This document shows, piece by piece, positions 11,201 to 19,165 of a DNA stretch of 44,595 nt (its first letter is position 1; every line of letters begins with the position of its first letter). Source of the DNA: Acidobacteriaceae bacterium (GTDB lineage: Bacteria; Acidobacteriota; Terriglobia; Terriglobales; Acidobacteriaceae); contig PMHC01000083.1 in the NCBI GenBank assembly GCA_003156495.1, positions 1 to 44,595 on the forward strand. Reading direction: 5' to 3'. Position numbers and translations under genes: made by a program. The notes beneath the pieces are model-generated. The model saw only the letters and a program-made list of their open reading frames with translations, searched no databases and was not told the DNA's origin.

Positions 11201-11600
11201 GTTTCATCGCGCCGTCGACGTCGATGAACTTCTCGTAGAATTTTTTGATGCCGGCAATCGCCTCGGTGAAGATCATCGCGCCAATCTGAATGGCGCCTAA
11301 GCCGATCATGACGGTTGAAAGCGCGCGTAACGCAGTCTGGGCTACCGCGCTTCCCGCAATGATTTTTTGGAATGCGCGCGGCATACGAATACCCAATTCT
11401 TCTGTCAGGAGGCGAACTTGCTCACGAGATTCATTGGCGCCTTTGCCAATCCCCTCCATCCCTTCGCGCACTTTGCGGCCGCTGCCGACGCCGGCATTCC
11501 CAAGCCGATCTAGATTGCCCGTCACATCCTGAATCACCTTGCCGGAATTCACGTCGGTAACCTGAATCCGGATCTCGACCGCTGAGGAGCTTACCGCCAT
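8268..11600 (-). CDS. Tail tape measure protein
   Basis: 1110 aa, helical A/Q/E-rich, Gly-rich hydrophobic segment, C-terminal AVIHAGERIMP and IHAIDAKS motifs; position. Confidence 0.9.
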   Translation of the reverse strand: MAVSSSAVEIRIQVTDVNSGKVIQDVTGNLDRLGNAGVGSGRKVREGMEGIGKGANESREQVRLLTEELGIRMPRAFQKIIAGSAVAQTALRALSTVMIGLGAIQIGAMIFTEAIAGIKKFYEKFIDVDGAMKRYNSEAAKAASENFYEHAGLNELNAGLTEANHQLAQLEAKKANFSGTGNFAASFLLGSGFDYYSVKDEKYRQGLQGETDKIAQDKRGKEHEENLQEIHDKAAIAEAGLIGIAKERRARQEAYDEAREKQRYAVEQQRAEAEITHRPQDKKPGEPGYIQPIPWPDANTGKAEADQAHLHADAEFQAQQIQAGRQATQELMQMRHQALEAGLQGEKLYHQQEADAIEDLKYKAINRAQAANLIRQKFHAEEMKRLEDEKRETEKLFGQAALVGFRGMGRSQAASDLAIADINSDKNLGQETKNDRVAAERMRLGNELAEQQRQFTEQIDSLAENSADKQVAGFARIRAEGEKQLADLQKKFDEVYGQVNRQAPGGEDLYQAGVAQLSRGRSAIDAGTNQQSDDLRRKNAQETDELEAQARAKYLNAEKQQTAAIETEYEQRFSKFQEELKQQEISEDDYNRRVQAAAQLRDAEMVEAARQAREKMAGEFSRFFQNPTGALKEMGDKAAGEMAASLMQRTQNRFGGKKISGMDNWTGNGFFDHIAGTSRGHEDRSTPKAAIVAGPQSLSVGTAQINVGSASIALGGAARTPAAALGTAGIPVSTSSPEAVFNAPVAGIVSSGGSGESASTAVARISSGSTAAPQIASGSTTSAVQRSMSIGQQGIGLTRQAASIFGGGKTAGSSGSFLSTQSSPATSDSGSIPLEQTKNFDVNQMAHSPSASGKGMLEGGGFSSNVAGAAGGATGLYSAYESNGGVGGTLSGAMSGMQLGMSLGGPIGGAIGAAGGAVLGAIGFGGKAKAEEYDKKTVQPRITETTQSYQTGQTNYLSAYSDLQGLDTEAHQTLKKMGGAGAGYYSHVQKEIKQAEGRLTGEERGGRSNYTGGAAQFNVGADSIPHTGMAVIHAGERIMPSDQNERITRAIESSADSSKLPVQSQSSWGGDLHIHAIDAKSGAQWLMANKHVLRSAINSSYADNSGGADA

Positions 11601-11603
11601 GTT

Positions 11604-12011
11604 TTATTTAGCTCCTTTCCGTCTGAACTTGGCGCCGCAAGCCGAGCACTCTTGTCCGTAACGATTGCGTTGCCGTGCCCCGCAGGCCGAGCACGGTGGA
11701 TGCGCGAAATTGAAATCGGCGCGGGCGCGATCGAGTGCGACCAGACCCGCTGCCTCTTGCATCGAAAGCTCGGCCGGCGAGAACGCAATGCCGGCTTTGC
11801 GCCTGTCTTCGAGCCAAAGCAAATGGTTGGCCCAGGTGTAATAGCCCGGAGAAAGCGTGCGCTTGGGAATCTGCTGCAACAATCGCCGCTTGGTCTCCGG
11901 ATTGGCTCCGGCCGTCTCGCGCTCAATTTGCACGCGCGCGAAATCCTGCTCAAAGATTTCATTGAGCGCGAGAACCATGCCGTCCTGGTCGCGGGCCGGA
12001 TCAAAGCTCAC
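11604..12011 (-). CDS. Putative tail assembly chaperone (second gene) with C-terminal zinc ribbon
   Basis: Between first chaperone and tape measure; CSAC...CSAC; GTGA overlap with the upstream gene. Confidence 0.6.
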   Translation of the reverse strand: MSFDPARDQDGMVLALNEIFEQDFARVQIERETAGANPETKRRLLQQIPKRTLSPGYYTWANHLLWLEDRRKAGIAFSPAELSMQEAAGLVALDRARADFNFAHPPCSACGARQRNRYGQECSACGAKFRRKGAK

Positions 12012-12739
12012 TTCTCCTCAGCCAACTCGGGCAGCGCGGGAGCGAAGAGCTGTTCGGCCGCCGCCACCTTGTGATAGCTATCCATCGAGCTGATGATGGA
12101 AGCGCGATCAGTCGGCTCATCGCTGCCAACCGCATAGCCTTCCGTACTCTCGATCAGTTCGTCGTAGAGGTCGATCAACGTAGACTGCGCACCCAGCCAC
12201 TGCGTTTTGCTGGTGCGGGAGCCGCCCACAATCATCGAGCGGCTTATGGCGCGCTGGTAGCGTCGCTGGTGTTCGGCCGTAGGCGTGTGGAATAAATGCC
12301 GCAGGCCGCTGTACTCCTGCATAGCGCCGGATGCGTCAGCGCCCCAGCGGGCGCGTAGAACGACCGTTTCGCTGCCAAGCTGAATAGGAGCATCGTCGGT
12401 ATCTGCATCGCGTGATACAGCCACCAGTGCATCGGCAACGGCCAGCCGATGGCTCATCGGCAAAAGTTGTTGCCAGTGCTCGCGCGCAGTCACGGAGGCG
12501 TTATCGCCGGTGACGTAGCCCGTGGCGTCGATCAACGCGGTTTCTGCCAACTCCAGGCGGGCAGAACGCGCGTCGTACACCTCGATGAGCTTGCCCTGCT
12601 GGTTTTCGCTGGTTGAAACGATGCCGTCGAAGTAGCGCAACCATTGCGCTTTGGTGATGACACCTACGGTGAGCGTGTATTTGGTTCCGCGATCCGTAAT
12701 CGGGATAATGCGCGGCTTGTCAAGATCAATAACTGACAT
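12008..12739 (-). CDS. Putative tail assembly chaperone
   Basis: Position after the tail tube gene; SD AAGGAAGG. Confidence 0.6.
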   Translation of the reverse strand: MSVIDLDKPRIIPITDRGTKYTLTVGVITKAQWLRYFDGIVSTSENQQGKLIEVYDARSARLELAETALIDATGYVTGDNASVTAREHWQQLLPMSHRLAVADALVAVSRDADTDDAPIQLGSETVVLRARWGADASGAMQEYSGLRHLFHTPTAEHQRRYQRAISRSMIVGGSRTSKTQWLGAQSTLIDLYDELIESTEGYAVGSDEPTDRASIISSMDSYHKVAAAEQLFAPALPELAEEK

Positions 12740-12740
12740 A

Positions 12741-12865
12741 GAGTCCTTCCTTTGAATTGTTTGGATTTCCCCACGGCGGGGAGAGAGAGGAGTGAAGGAC
12801 TCCGTACAGCTTGAGATCCGCGTAGCCGATTGCGAATCTCAGGCCCGGCGAAGCGGTGCCGGGCC
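12741..12865 (-). promoter_or_regulatory. Structured intergenic RNA with an SD-sequestering helix
   Basis: Stems GGCCCGGC/GCCGGGCC, TGAGATTCGC/GCGGATCTCA and GAGTCCTTC/GAAGGACTC, the last covering the chaperone SD. Confidence 0.6.
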
Positions 12866-12879
12866 GAGAGAGGCGATGC

Positions 12880-13899
12880 TTAGGCGGCCACCAGATAGGC
12901 GGCAACGTCGTTGACGACCGAGACCGAAACCGGGGCTACGCCCGCAGCCTGGTAGCAGGTAGTTTCATCGGCTTCGATCTGCCATATCACCATCTCGCCG
13001 TCGAAGCCGAGCTTGGTGGTCTTCAGGTGTGTTTCTGGAATCGAGATCTGCAACTGCGCATCAGACGCGGTTGGTACGTTCAGCGTGAATACGCACGCCG
13101 TATCGGCCAGGAACAGGCTGTAGATGTCGTCGGTATCCTTGGCCGCGATCGTTGTTGAGATCGAGAACTTCGGATTGCCTTTACGAACGAACAGGCCATA
13201 GAGGCCACCGCCAGGACCACGGTGCACGGTGAGCTGATTCTCGGCCTTGAAGGTCGTGTTCATGTGGCGTCCGGTGAAAGTGGTTCCCGCTCCTACGGCT
13301 CCGAAGGCCAAAACAGCATCCGAGTTCAGCAAATAAGTCTCGGACGGCGCTGCGGGCAGCGAAGAGCCGAGCGCGCCCGAAGTCTGAATGCCGGTGCCCA
13401 TCATCGACATTTCGGCCATAATTGCGCCGATGTCGTTGATGGTCAGCGTGAGATCGTTCACGCACATGTCGGGGCACTTGTACTTCACGTCGGCCGTGTC
13501 TTCGCAGTAGATCGTTGTCGGTACGGCCGTGCGCGTGCTCTCGTCGAAGGAGAAAACGTGTGTGTATGGCGCAGCGGCCCCCGTCACTGTCTCTTTGCCC
13601 ATCAGGAAAGCGAACATCCAGCCGGCGAGCCAGGGGGAGAGCTCCGCCTTGAAGCCGCTGAAATCGGTATCAAAACTGGTGATCTGGCCGTTGGTGGCAA
13701 ACGACGTACCCTTGCCGGCATAGGATTGATCGGTGCGCCGGCCAGGCTTCCGGTCAACAATTGCCGCCCCGTCAAAACGCTGACGGTAGGTGAGAGCTGC
13801 ATCGGCCAGTGCGGTATTCCACGCCGTCTGCTTGTTTGCGCTCAGCAACAGGTTGCGTAGAAACTTTGGCTGCGATTCGAAGTTGTACGGTCCCGCCAT
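12880..13899 (-). CDS. Major tail tube protein (non-contractile tail)
   Basis: 339 aa, APYTHVFSF...VNDLTLTI...AEMSMMG pattern; no sheath gene in the module. Confidence 0.8.
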   Translation of the reverse strand: MAGPYNFESQPKFLRNLLLSANKQTAWNTALADAALTYRQRFDGAAIVDRKPGRRTDQSYAGKGTSFATNGQITSFDTDFSGFKAELSPWLAGWMFAFLMGKETVTGAAAPYTHVFSFDESTRTAVPTTIYCEDTADVKYKCPDMCVNDLTLTINDIGAIMAEMSMMGTGIQTSGALGSSLPAAPSETYLLNSDAVLAFGAVGAGTTFTGRHMNTTFKAENQLTVHRGPGGGLYGLFVRKGNPKFSISTTIAAKDTDDIYSLFLADTACVFTLNVPTASDAQLQISIPETHLKTTKLGFDGEMVIWQIEADETTCYQAAGVAPVSVSVVNDVAAYLVAA

Positions 13900-13900
13900 G

Positions 13901-14176
13901 TTATTTGGCTCCTTTTTGCTTGGCTTCGTCCGGCTGTGCGATTAGCTTGGCTTTATCCGGCTGCGCGGCGTCGGCCACTACTTGGAAGATTGGCGTGCCT
14001 TGATGCTTTTCAAGCGAGAGAACGCGCGCCCACTCGCTCGTCAGCACGCGCTCGGAAGCGCCGGGCTGAAACAGATAGCTGAAATGCAGAGTGGTGATGC
14101 GCAGCGCACCGTTAGCGCCGGCCATAGCTGCGCCTTCCTTGCTCAATTCGATATTTACGAAATCCGATTGCACCAT
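13901..14176 (-). CDS. Hypothetical virion-module protein
   Basis: SD AGGAG; closely packed between neighbours. Confidence 0.65.
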   Translation of the reverse strand: MVQSDFVNIELSKEGAAMAGANGALRITTLHFSYLFQPGASERVLTSEWARVLSLEKHQGTPIFQVVADAAQPDKAKLIAQPDEAKQKGAK

Positions 14177-14185
14177 CGCCAGCTC

Positions 14186-14671
14186 CTATCCGTTCGCGCC
14201 ACTGAATTGCGCGATCGCTTCCACGCCGAATACGACCGAATAGAGCTGATCCACAGGCCCTTCGTCCGTATCGACCAGCCGGACCGCAACCAACGTGATC
14301 GGCATCGTTTTGCTTCCATCCGCCAGCGTCAGCCGGGCTCCGGCGATCTGATCCTGCACCGTGGCCACCAGCACCAATGTCTGGCGCCGCTGATCGGTTT
14401 TGCTGCGTAAAGACGACTCAAAGCAGAGCAGCTCAAATTGCTGCTTTGGCTGATAGGTCAGCCGCTTGTTGTCATGCAGTGGATCGTAATCGGCACCTAA
14501 ATACCTCACACGGATGCATGGAGGCCGCAATGTGAGCTGCCCATCAGCGTTGAAATCAGCGTCGCCGAGCGACTCAACCTGAACTTTCGATCCATAAGCC
14601 GACGGCAGCACGTCGAGCAGCAAAGCGATCAGCGCTTTCTCGACATAATCGATGCGGAAGGTGGAACTCAC
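14186..14671 (-). CDS. Tail terminator, Mu gp37-like
   Basis: Size and position after the gpG-like gene; I..VEKALIA...P.I.V.Y.G pattern. Confidence 0.6.
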   Translation of the reverse strand: MSSTFRIDYVEKALIALLLDVLPSAYGSKVQVESLGDADFNADGQLTLRPPCIRVRYLGADYDPLHDNKRLTYQPKQQFELLCFESSLRSKTDQRRQTLVLVATVQDQIAGARLTLADGSKTMPITLVAVRLVDTDEGPVDQLYSVVFGVEAIAQFSGANG

Positions 14672-15318
14672 TGCCCACCTCCCAGCGCGGCTTGTGCCCG
14701 CGCCTTGGCCACATACCTTTCGGCAATCCCCTTGATGCGCGCAGGATCTTCTGGCCGAAAAACCAGATAGGGCCGCGGCGGAATGTTCTGGTGGCGGCGG
14801 TGCGCGCCAACAACCACTCGGCGCGCATTGCGCGGTCCCTGGATGCGGCGCCGGCCGGCGTGGGGCAGATGACCTGTCCCCAGTTCGGCCGACAAGCGGG
14901 AATAGCTGAAACCGCCTACATTAACCACCGCCTCCGATTCGGCCTTTGTCTGCGGGCCAATCGCCACACCGCGATCGCGCGAGCCGAATTGATGTACCGC
15001 GGCATAAACCAAGTTCGTGCCGATAATCACTTCGCCCGGTTTCCGCTGATAGACGCTAATCGAATTCAGCAATCGACTGCTGCGGATCAGCAATTTGTGG
15101 CCACGCCCGTAGATTTTGGGATTGCTCTTGATGGTTGAGGCGGCCAGCGGAACCCACGATCCCGAAGGCGAGCCCTGTTCGCGGAAGGTACGACGCACAG
15201 ACACGAGCTGCGACATGCCGATTTCCTTCATCAGCTCGGCATTCTGATCCAGCGAAAGCGCGAACCGGCGCAGGCCGACCACGACTTTGCCATCATCGAC
15301 TTGGACGAAATCTCCCAC
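14668..15318 (-). CDS. Virion morphogenesis protein (Mu gpG / P2 S-like)
   Basis: GSPSGSWVPLAAST, IGTNLVYAAVHQFG and NIPPRPYL motifs. Confidence 0.85.
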   Translation of the reverse strand: MGDFVQVDDGKVVVGLRRFALSLDQNAELMKEIGMSQLVSVRRTFREQGSPSGSWVPLAASTIKSNPKIYGRGHKLLIRSSRLLNSISVYQRKPGEVIIGTNLVYAAVHQFGSRDRGVAIGPQTKAESEAVVNVGGFSYSRLSAELGTGHLPHAGRRRIQGPRNARRVVVGAHRRHQNIPPRPYLVFRPEDPARIKGIAERYVAKARAQAALGGGQ

Positions 15319-15785
15319 TAAACAAATCCCTCGATCTGCGAATCGCTGAAGCGCAGATTGCGATCCTTATCGGAAAGCTCCGGCCCGGCGATCGAAGATT
15401 GCGTTGCCGAAGAACTTGCAGGTTGATCGAGCGAAGCCTTCGACGTGGCGATGTCCTTCAAAAATGCGATCGCCTGGCTATAACGCTCTTGCGCCGTTTC
15501 GTTCGTCGGCGTCTCGCGCCGGCGCGTGAAGAGGATGTAGATCGCGATGTCGAGCGTCAGTGATTTCACATCCTCGGACGCTTGCAACGGCGTGACGTAC
15601 CGCGCGCGGCAATAGCTTTCAATACGCCCCGACGCTTCGTCGAGCGCCTTGCCAGTGATCGAGGCCACGATTTTTTTGCCGGCGTCCGAGGTCGGATCAA
15701 CGTCGGGATCGTCGATCGTCAACTCGTTCAGATCTTTCTGCGACATGCGCAGAGGGACCAAGTCGTCTTGGGTCGCGTAGGCCAC
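15318..15785 (-). CDS. Head-tail adaptor (Mu gp36-like)
   Basis: MAYATQDDL, ALDEASGRIESY...RYVTPL, RYSQAIAFLKDIA motifs. Confidence 0.85.
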   Translation of the reverse strand: MAYATQDDLVPLRMSQKDLNELTIDDPDVDPTSDAGKKIVASITGKALDEASGRIESYCRARYVTPLQASEDVKSLTLDIAIYILFTRRRETPTNETAQERYSQAIAFLKDIATSKASLDQPASSSATQSSIAGPELSDKDRNLRFSDSQIEGFV

Positions 15786-15974
15786 TTACTTCGCGGACTC
15801 CACAAACGGCTTGACGGTGCCTTTCGGCAGCGCTTTGACTTCGTCGTCAGTCAGCTCGATCTTGGCGCCGGCGGTATAGTGCTTGCCGTCGTGCCGCAGA
15901 TTGCCCACCGCGACATACGTGCGCGTTTTTACAGCCTTTGTCTCTTCCTTTTGATTCGCACTCATCGATTTCAT
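15786..15974 (-). CDS. Small head-associated protein
   Basis: LRHDGKHYTAGAKIEL motif common directly downstream of capsid genes; SD AAGGAG. Confidence 0.65.
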   Translation of the reverse strand: MKSMSANQKEETKAVKTRTYVAVGNLRHDGKHYTAGAKIELTDDEVKALPKGTVKPFVESAK

Positions 15975-15995
15975 CTCCTTCAGATTGATGCCGCC

Positions 15996-16028
15996 AACGG
16001 GGCGGCACCGACTAACCTCCGCCCCGTT
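15996..16028. terminator. Stem-loop after the capsid gene
   Basis: AACGGGGCGG...CCGCCCCGTT; T-run only on the plus strand, so on the late mRNA it may be a stability or processing hairpin. Confidence 0.5.
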
Positions 16029-16059
16029 TTGCTCTCGTGTTTACTGCTCGTGTTTTGGT

Positions 16060-17109
16060 TTATCCCTCAATATCGCCGGCCACGGTGCCCATCGTCGGCG
16101 TGGCCACGGCGTTCAGAATCGGAATCGCCGTTTCCGTCGCTGTCACTTCGAGGCCGTAGTACCAGTCGATCGACTCCCAGGTCGCCTTGGAATCGCGGTA
16201 AGGATCGGGAAACTCGATCACGCCATAGCCATCGACGGTGTTCGGAGGCGGCGCAATCGTGTTGCCCTGGCCATCGGTGCCACCGGACCAGACAAAGGTC
16301 TTGACGCAACTAATGTCGTCCATTGTGGGCGCGGCTTGCGCATAGGCAAGCAGCGCATTGTTGCCCCAGACCCAGCTCGCCGTATTCGCCTTGTCGAGCA
16401 TGATTGCGCTGGCCTTCACCACGGGAACTCCGAAGACGCTCGAAAGCATCTCCATCGTGATAAGTCCGCCCGAGTTCGTGTACTTGAAGCGGTCGATAAT
16501 GTCGGGGTGGTTCACCAATGCGGTGGCGACAGGATCGGAGAGCAGGAGCGTCATCTGGTTATCCTGCACGCCAGACTGCCGCAGAAGAGCCTTATAACCC
16601 TCCATCACCTTGATCGGATGCGAGCCGTCGCTGCCCGTGTTCGGCGTCGTCGGATACGAATCCCACGTAGAAGTGCCCGAAAGCGTGACACCATTCGGGA
16701 AGTTAGCCGTGCTCAGCATGAGCTTGGCGATTTCGACCTCGCGTGCGAGCAGGATCTGATCCGTTAGTTGCTGTACGAGTTGCTTCTTGGTGGAAAAGCC
16801 CAATCCCAGGCCGTAAGCCTCGGACTCTTCGGGAACCTTGCCCGACAGCGCGTGCGACTTGCACATGTACGGCGAAACGGAATAGCTACGCCGCACAGTG
16901 GTCGGCCGATCGCCGGGAGCGCGCTGTGTCGAACCAGGCACACGCCAGTTGTCGCGGTTCCAAACCACGTATTGGTAGCTCTGACGAGCCACAGGCACGC
17001 GCGGCGCGAAACGATCGCCCACGAGCGCATTGTTGCGGAATTCCTTGGCGAAGTTGCTCAACGCAACATTCAAGGTTCCGACCGGCATGTTTCCTACATA
17101 GCCGCCCAT
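16060..17109 (-). CDS. Major capsid protein
   Basis: 349 aa after protease and decoration genes; ALSNFA...FAPRVPV, LAREVEIA pattern; SD AGGAGG. Confidence 0.85.
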   Translation of the reverse strand: MGGYVGNMPVGTLNVALSNFAKEFRNNALVGDRFAPRVPVARQSYQYVVWNRDNWRVPGSTQRAPGDRPTTVRRSYSVSPYMCKSHALSGKVPEESEAYGLGLGFSTKKQLVQQLTDQILLAREVEIAKLMLSTANFPNGVTLSGTSTWDSYPTTPNTGSDGSHPIKVMEGYKALLRQSGVQDNQMTLLLSDPVATALVNHPDIIDRFKYTNSGGLITMEMLSSVFGVPVVKASAIMLDKANTASWVWGNNALLAYAQAAPTMDDISCVKTFVWSGGTDGQGNTIAPPPNTVDGYGVIEFPDPYRDSKATWESIDWYYGLEVTATETAIPILNAVATPTMGTVAGDIEG

Positions 17110-17179
17110 TTAACTTTTCCTCCTGCCCTCGCGGGACAAAATCGCTCACACCACACAAAATGCCAGTACCGACGGCGCG

Positions 17180-17581
17180 TTAAGCCTTGACGGCGCCACA
17201 CGGGGCGATATTCGCGGTAATGAAATCGCCCGCGTTGGAATTCCCCGACAGCGCGCGGCCCACGATTTGGTAGGTGCTCGCGGCCGTGATGAACTGTCCG
17301 GCGGCGTTCACCGAAAGGAAGTCTCCGGCCGAAACTGCCGCGCCGATCTGGACAATCGCCGGGCCGAACTCGATCACCGAGACCGGCAATTCAGTGGAAA
17401 CGGCATCCTCTTCGACGACGCCTTGGATCGCGCCGCCCAGCGTAGACGCCAGCGCCGCATGATATTCGTCGGTGCCGTAGATCACGGCCAGGCCGCGCTT
17501 GAGCGTGGTTGCCGCCGGGATCAGGCTTTCTTTCATCTGGGGCTCCTTCGGCCCTTTTACCGAAACAGAAATGTTCGACAT
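17180..17581 (-). CDS. Capsid decoration/cement protein
   Basis: Ala/Gly-rich, GAAVSAGDFLSVNAAGQFI...VGRAL; ATG 17581 follows SD AGGAGG. Confidence 0.75.
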   Translation of the reverse strand: MSNISVSVKGPKEPQMKESLIPAATTLKRGLAVIYGTDEYHAALASTLGGAIQGVVEEDAVSTELPVSVIEFGPAIVQIGAAVSAGDFLSVNAAGQFITAASTYQIVGRALSGNSNAGDFITANIAPCGAVKA

Positions 17582-17693
17582 CGCGTGCCCTCCTGGGGCT
17601 GTCAAAGTGTGCCGGGCAGACGGTGGCTACCCAGCTAAAGCCCACGGCGCCAACCTCGCCGCCGCCAGAATCAACATCTGGCAGTCAGGTTCT

Positions 17694-18344
17694 CTACACC
17701 GAGCCGGCGCTCATACCGCCAGCCATGGTCAACTCGGGCTTCTCGGCGACAACCTCGTCGAGCGCCTCACCAAAGTTGAGCTTCGGATTCTCCTTCATGC
17801 GTGCGTGCGCGGCATCGGTCAGCGGATCGCCGCTCGACTTGCTACCGCCAGAAACCTTTCCGCCTTCGTAGAAGGTCGCATTCGGCACGATCTTCTTCAG
17901 GCCCTCCATGAACTCGACGAGCATCTGGAAAGGCGCAACCTGCGGCTTCTTGCCATCCTGGTCGGCTTCGCCAAACTCGATGGTTGTAGTCGCCTTGGCC
18001 AGCTCCTCGAAGACCAACGGCAAGCCAGCCCGGTCGAAGGCTGGAACCCACTTACCCTCGCCTTTCAGCTTGTTGATGGCTTCGACAACCCGAGCCTTGG
18101 TTTCTCCGGTGGCGATGGCCGTTTCACGTTCAGCGAACTTGGCCGTCTGCGCCTTCGCGCTGGTTTCAAGCTCCGAGATTTTGGTTTGGAGCGGCGCGGT
18201 CGCCGCGGTTATCGCCTCGGTGGCGATGCGCTTCACATCCGCTTCGCTGAACTCCTTCGAAGCGCCCTTGCCGAATCCCGGCACATGCTCGGCGAACCAG
18301 GCAGAGATCTGCTCGCCAATCGACTTATCGTTTTCAGCTCCCAC
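17694..18344 (-). CDS. Putative nested in-frame scaffold protein (Mu Z-like)
   Basis: In-frame GTG at 18344 preceded by GAGGAGGAAACC, just after the protease domain; same arrangement as Mu I/Z. Confidence 0.65.
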   Translation of the reverse strand: MGAENDKSIGEQISAWFAEHVPGFGKGASKEFSEADVKRIATEAITAATAPLQTKISELETSAKAQTAKFAERETAIATGETKARVVEAINKLKGEGKWVPAFDRAGLPLVFEELAKATTTIEFGEADQDGKKPQVAPFQMLVEFMEGLKKIVPNATFYEGGKVSGGSKSSGDPLTDAAHARMKENPKLNFGEALDEVVAEKPELTMAGGMSAGSV

Positions 18345-19055
18345 GGTTTCCTCCTCACCGAACGCAAGTTCAACGAACTCGCGGCCGGCGTCGTCAAAAT
18401 TGAGATTTTTCAAGCCTTTTACTTCAGGAGGCTGCGCACCCAGCCAGCCCACATGCCGCAGGCCGCCCACTTTGCCATCGGCGTCCAGGTAGAACGCGGC
18501 CGAACGCTTCTTATAACGCCCAGTCTTGCGTGCTTCGTCAAATGCCGGGTCGACCTGCTTTTCTTTAGCCAGCAACGTGTCACCATCGAGCGCCAAGCGC
18601 TCGATCCAGCCAAAAGCCGGCGCGTCGGTCTTCGGATGGCCGACACATACCGGCGCTTCATGGAAATCCGGATCATAGTTGCGCACAACGCGTTCGAGAT
18701 CTTGCCGCGTGATATTGATCTTGCCCTGCGGCCGGTAATCTCCGGCGCGGAAGATCTCGATCCAGCCACGCGGCGCTTCACCGTGCTCGACGCTCTTGCA
18801 GTATTTCTCTTCGAAATTCTTGATGCGATCTTCGTCGAGGCCCTGCTTCTTCGCTTCGGCGACGATCTTATGTGCCGTGGCAACCTTGGCATCGGCGGGC
18901 ACATTCTTTTCATGCCCGAACATCTTCAAGGCTGAGTCGATGTGTTCCTTGTCGATAGGAAGATGCCAAGTGGAAATATCCTTGGCGTCGCCTACATACG
19001 CGAAATCGTCCGCTGAATGCGGCTTACCATCGATCGTCTTGGTGAGTTCTGCCAT
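17694..19055 (-). CDS. Prohead protease/scaffold (Mu gpI-like) with extra N-terminal domain
   Basis: WIEIFRAG, APVCVGHP, AFGWI, YKKRSA, LRHVGWLGAQPPEVKGL protease motifs; coiled-coil C-terminus. Confidence 0.88.
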   Translation of the reverse strand: MAELTKTIDGKPHSADDFAYVGDAKDISTWHLPIDKEHIDSALKMFGHEKNVPADAKVATAHKIVAEAKKQGLDEDRIKNFEEKYCKSVEHGEAPRGWIEIFRAGDYRPQGKINITRQDLERVVRNYDPDFHEAPVCVGHPKTDAPAFGWIERLALDGDTLLAKEKQVDPAFDEARKTGRYKKRSAAFYLDADGKVGGLRHVGWLGAQPPEVKGLKNLNFDDAGREFVELAFGEEETVGAENDKSIGEQISAWFAEHVPGFGKGASKEFSEADVKRIATEAITAATAPLQTKISELETSAKAQTAKFAERETAIATGETKARVVEAINKLKGEGKWVPAFDRAGLPLVFEELAKATTTIEFGEADQDGKKPQVAPFQMLVEFMEGLKKIVPNATFYEGGKVSGGSKSSGDPLTDAAHARMKENPKLNFGEALDEVVAEKPELTMAGGMSAGSV

Positions 19056-19062
19056 CGATCCA

Positions 19063-19111
19063 AGTATCGCGGGATAGAAAAGGCGCGTGGGCGCGCAGGA
19101 CGCGCGCGGCG
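19063..19111 (-). promoter_or_regulatory. Putative activator-dependent late promoter for head genes
   Basis: GATACT -10-like element 7 nt from the protease ATG; upstream GC motif shared with 28473-28501. Confidence 0.45.
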
Positions 19112-19165
19112 CGGGCGTCTATCTTGCGGATAAATTGCACAGTGTAGGAATGGAATCTCTAGGTT

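Noticed and set aside
9279-11300. Plus-strand ORFs of 312 and 311 aa
   Set aside because: Antisense to the tape measure gene, no recognisable features
11601-13920. Similar gene ends AAAGGAGCYAAATAA (KGAK-stop) at 11604 and 13901
   Set aside because: Explained by the SD of the next gene overlapping the stop; only two copies
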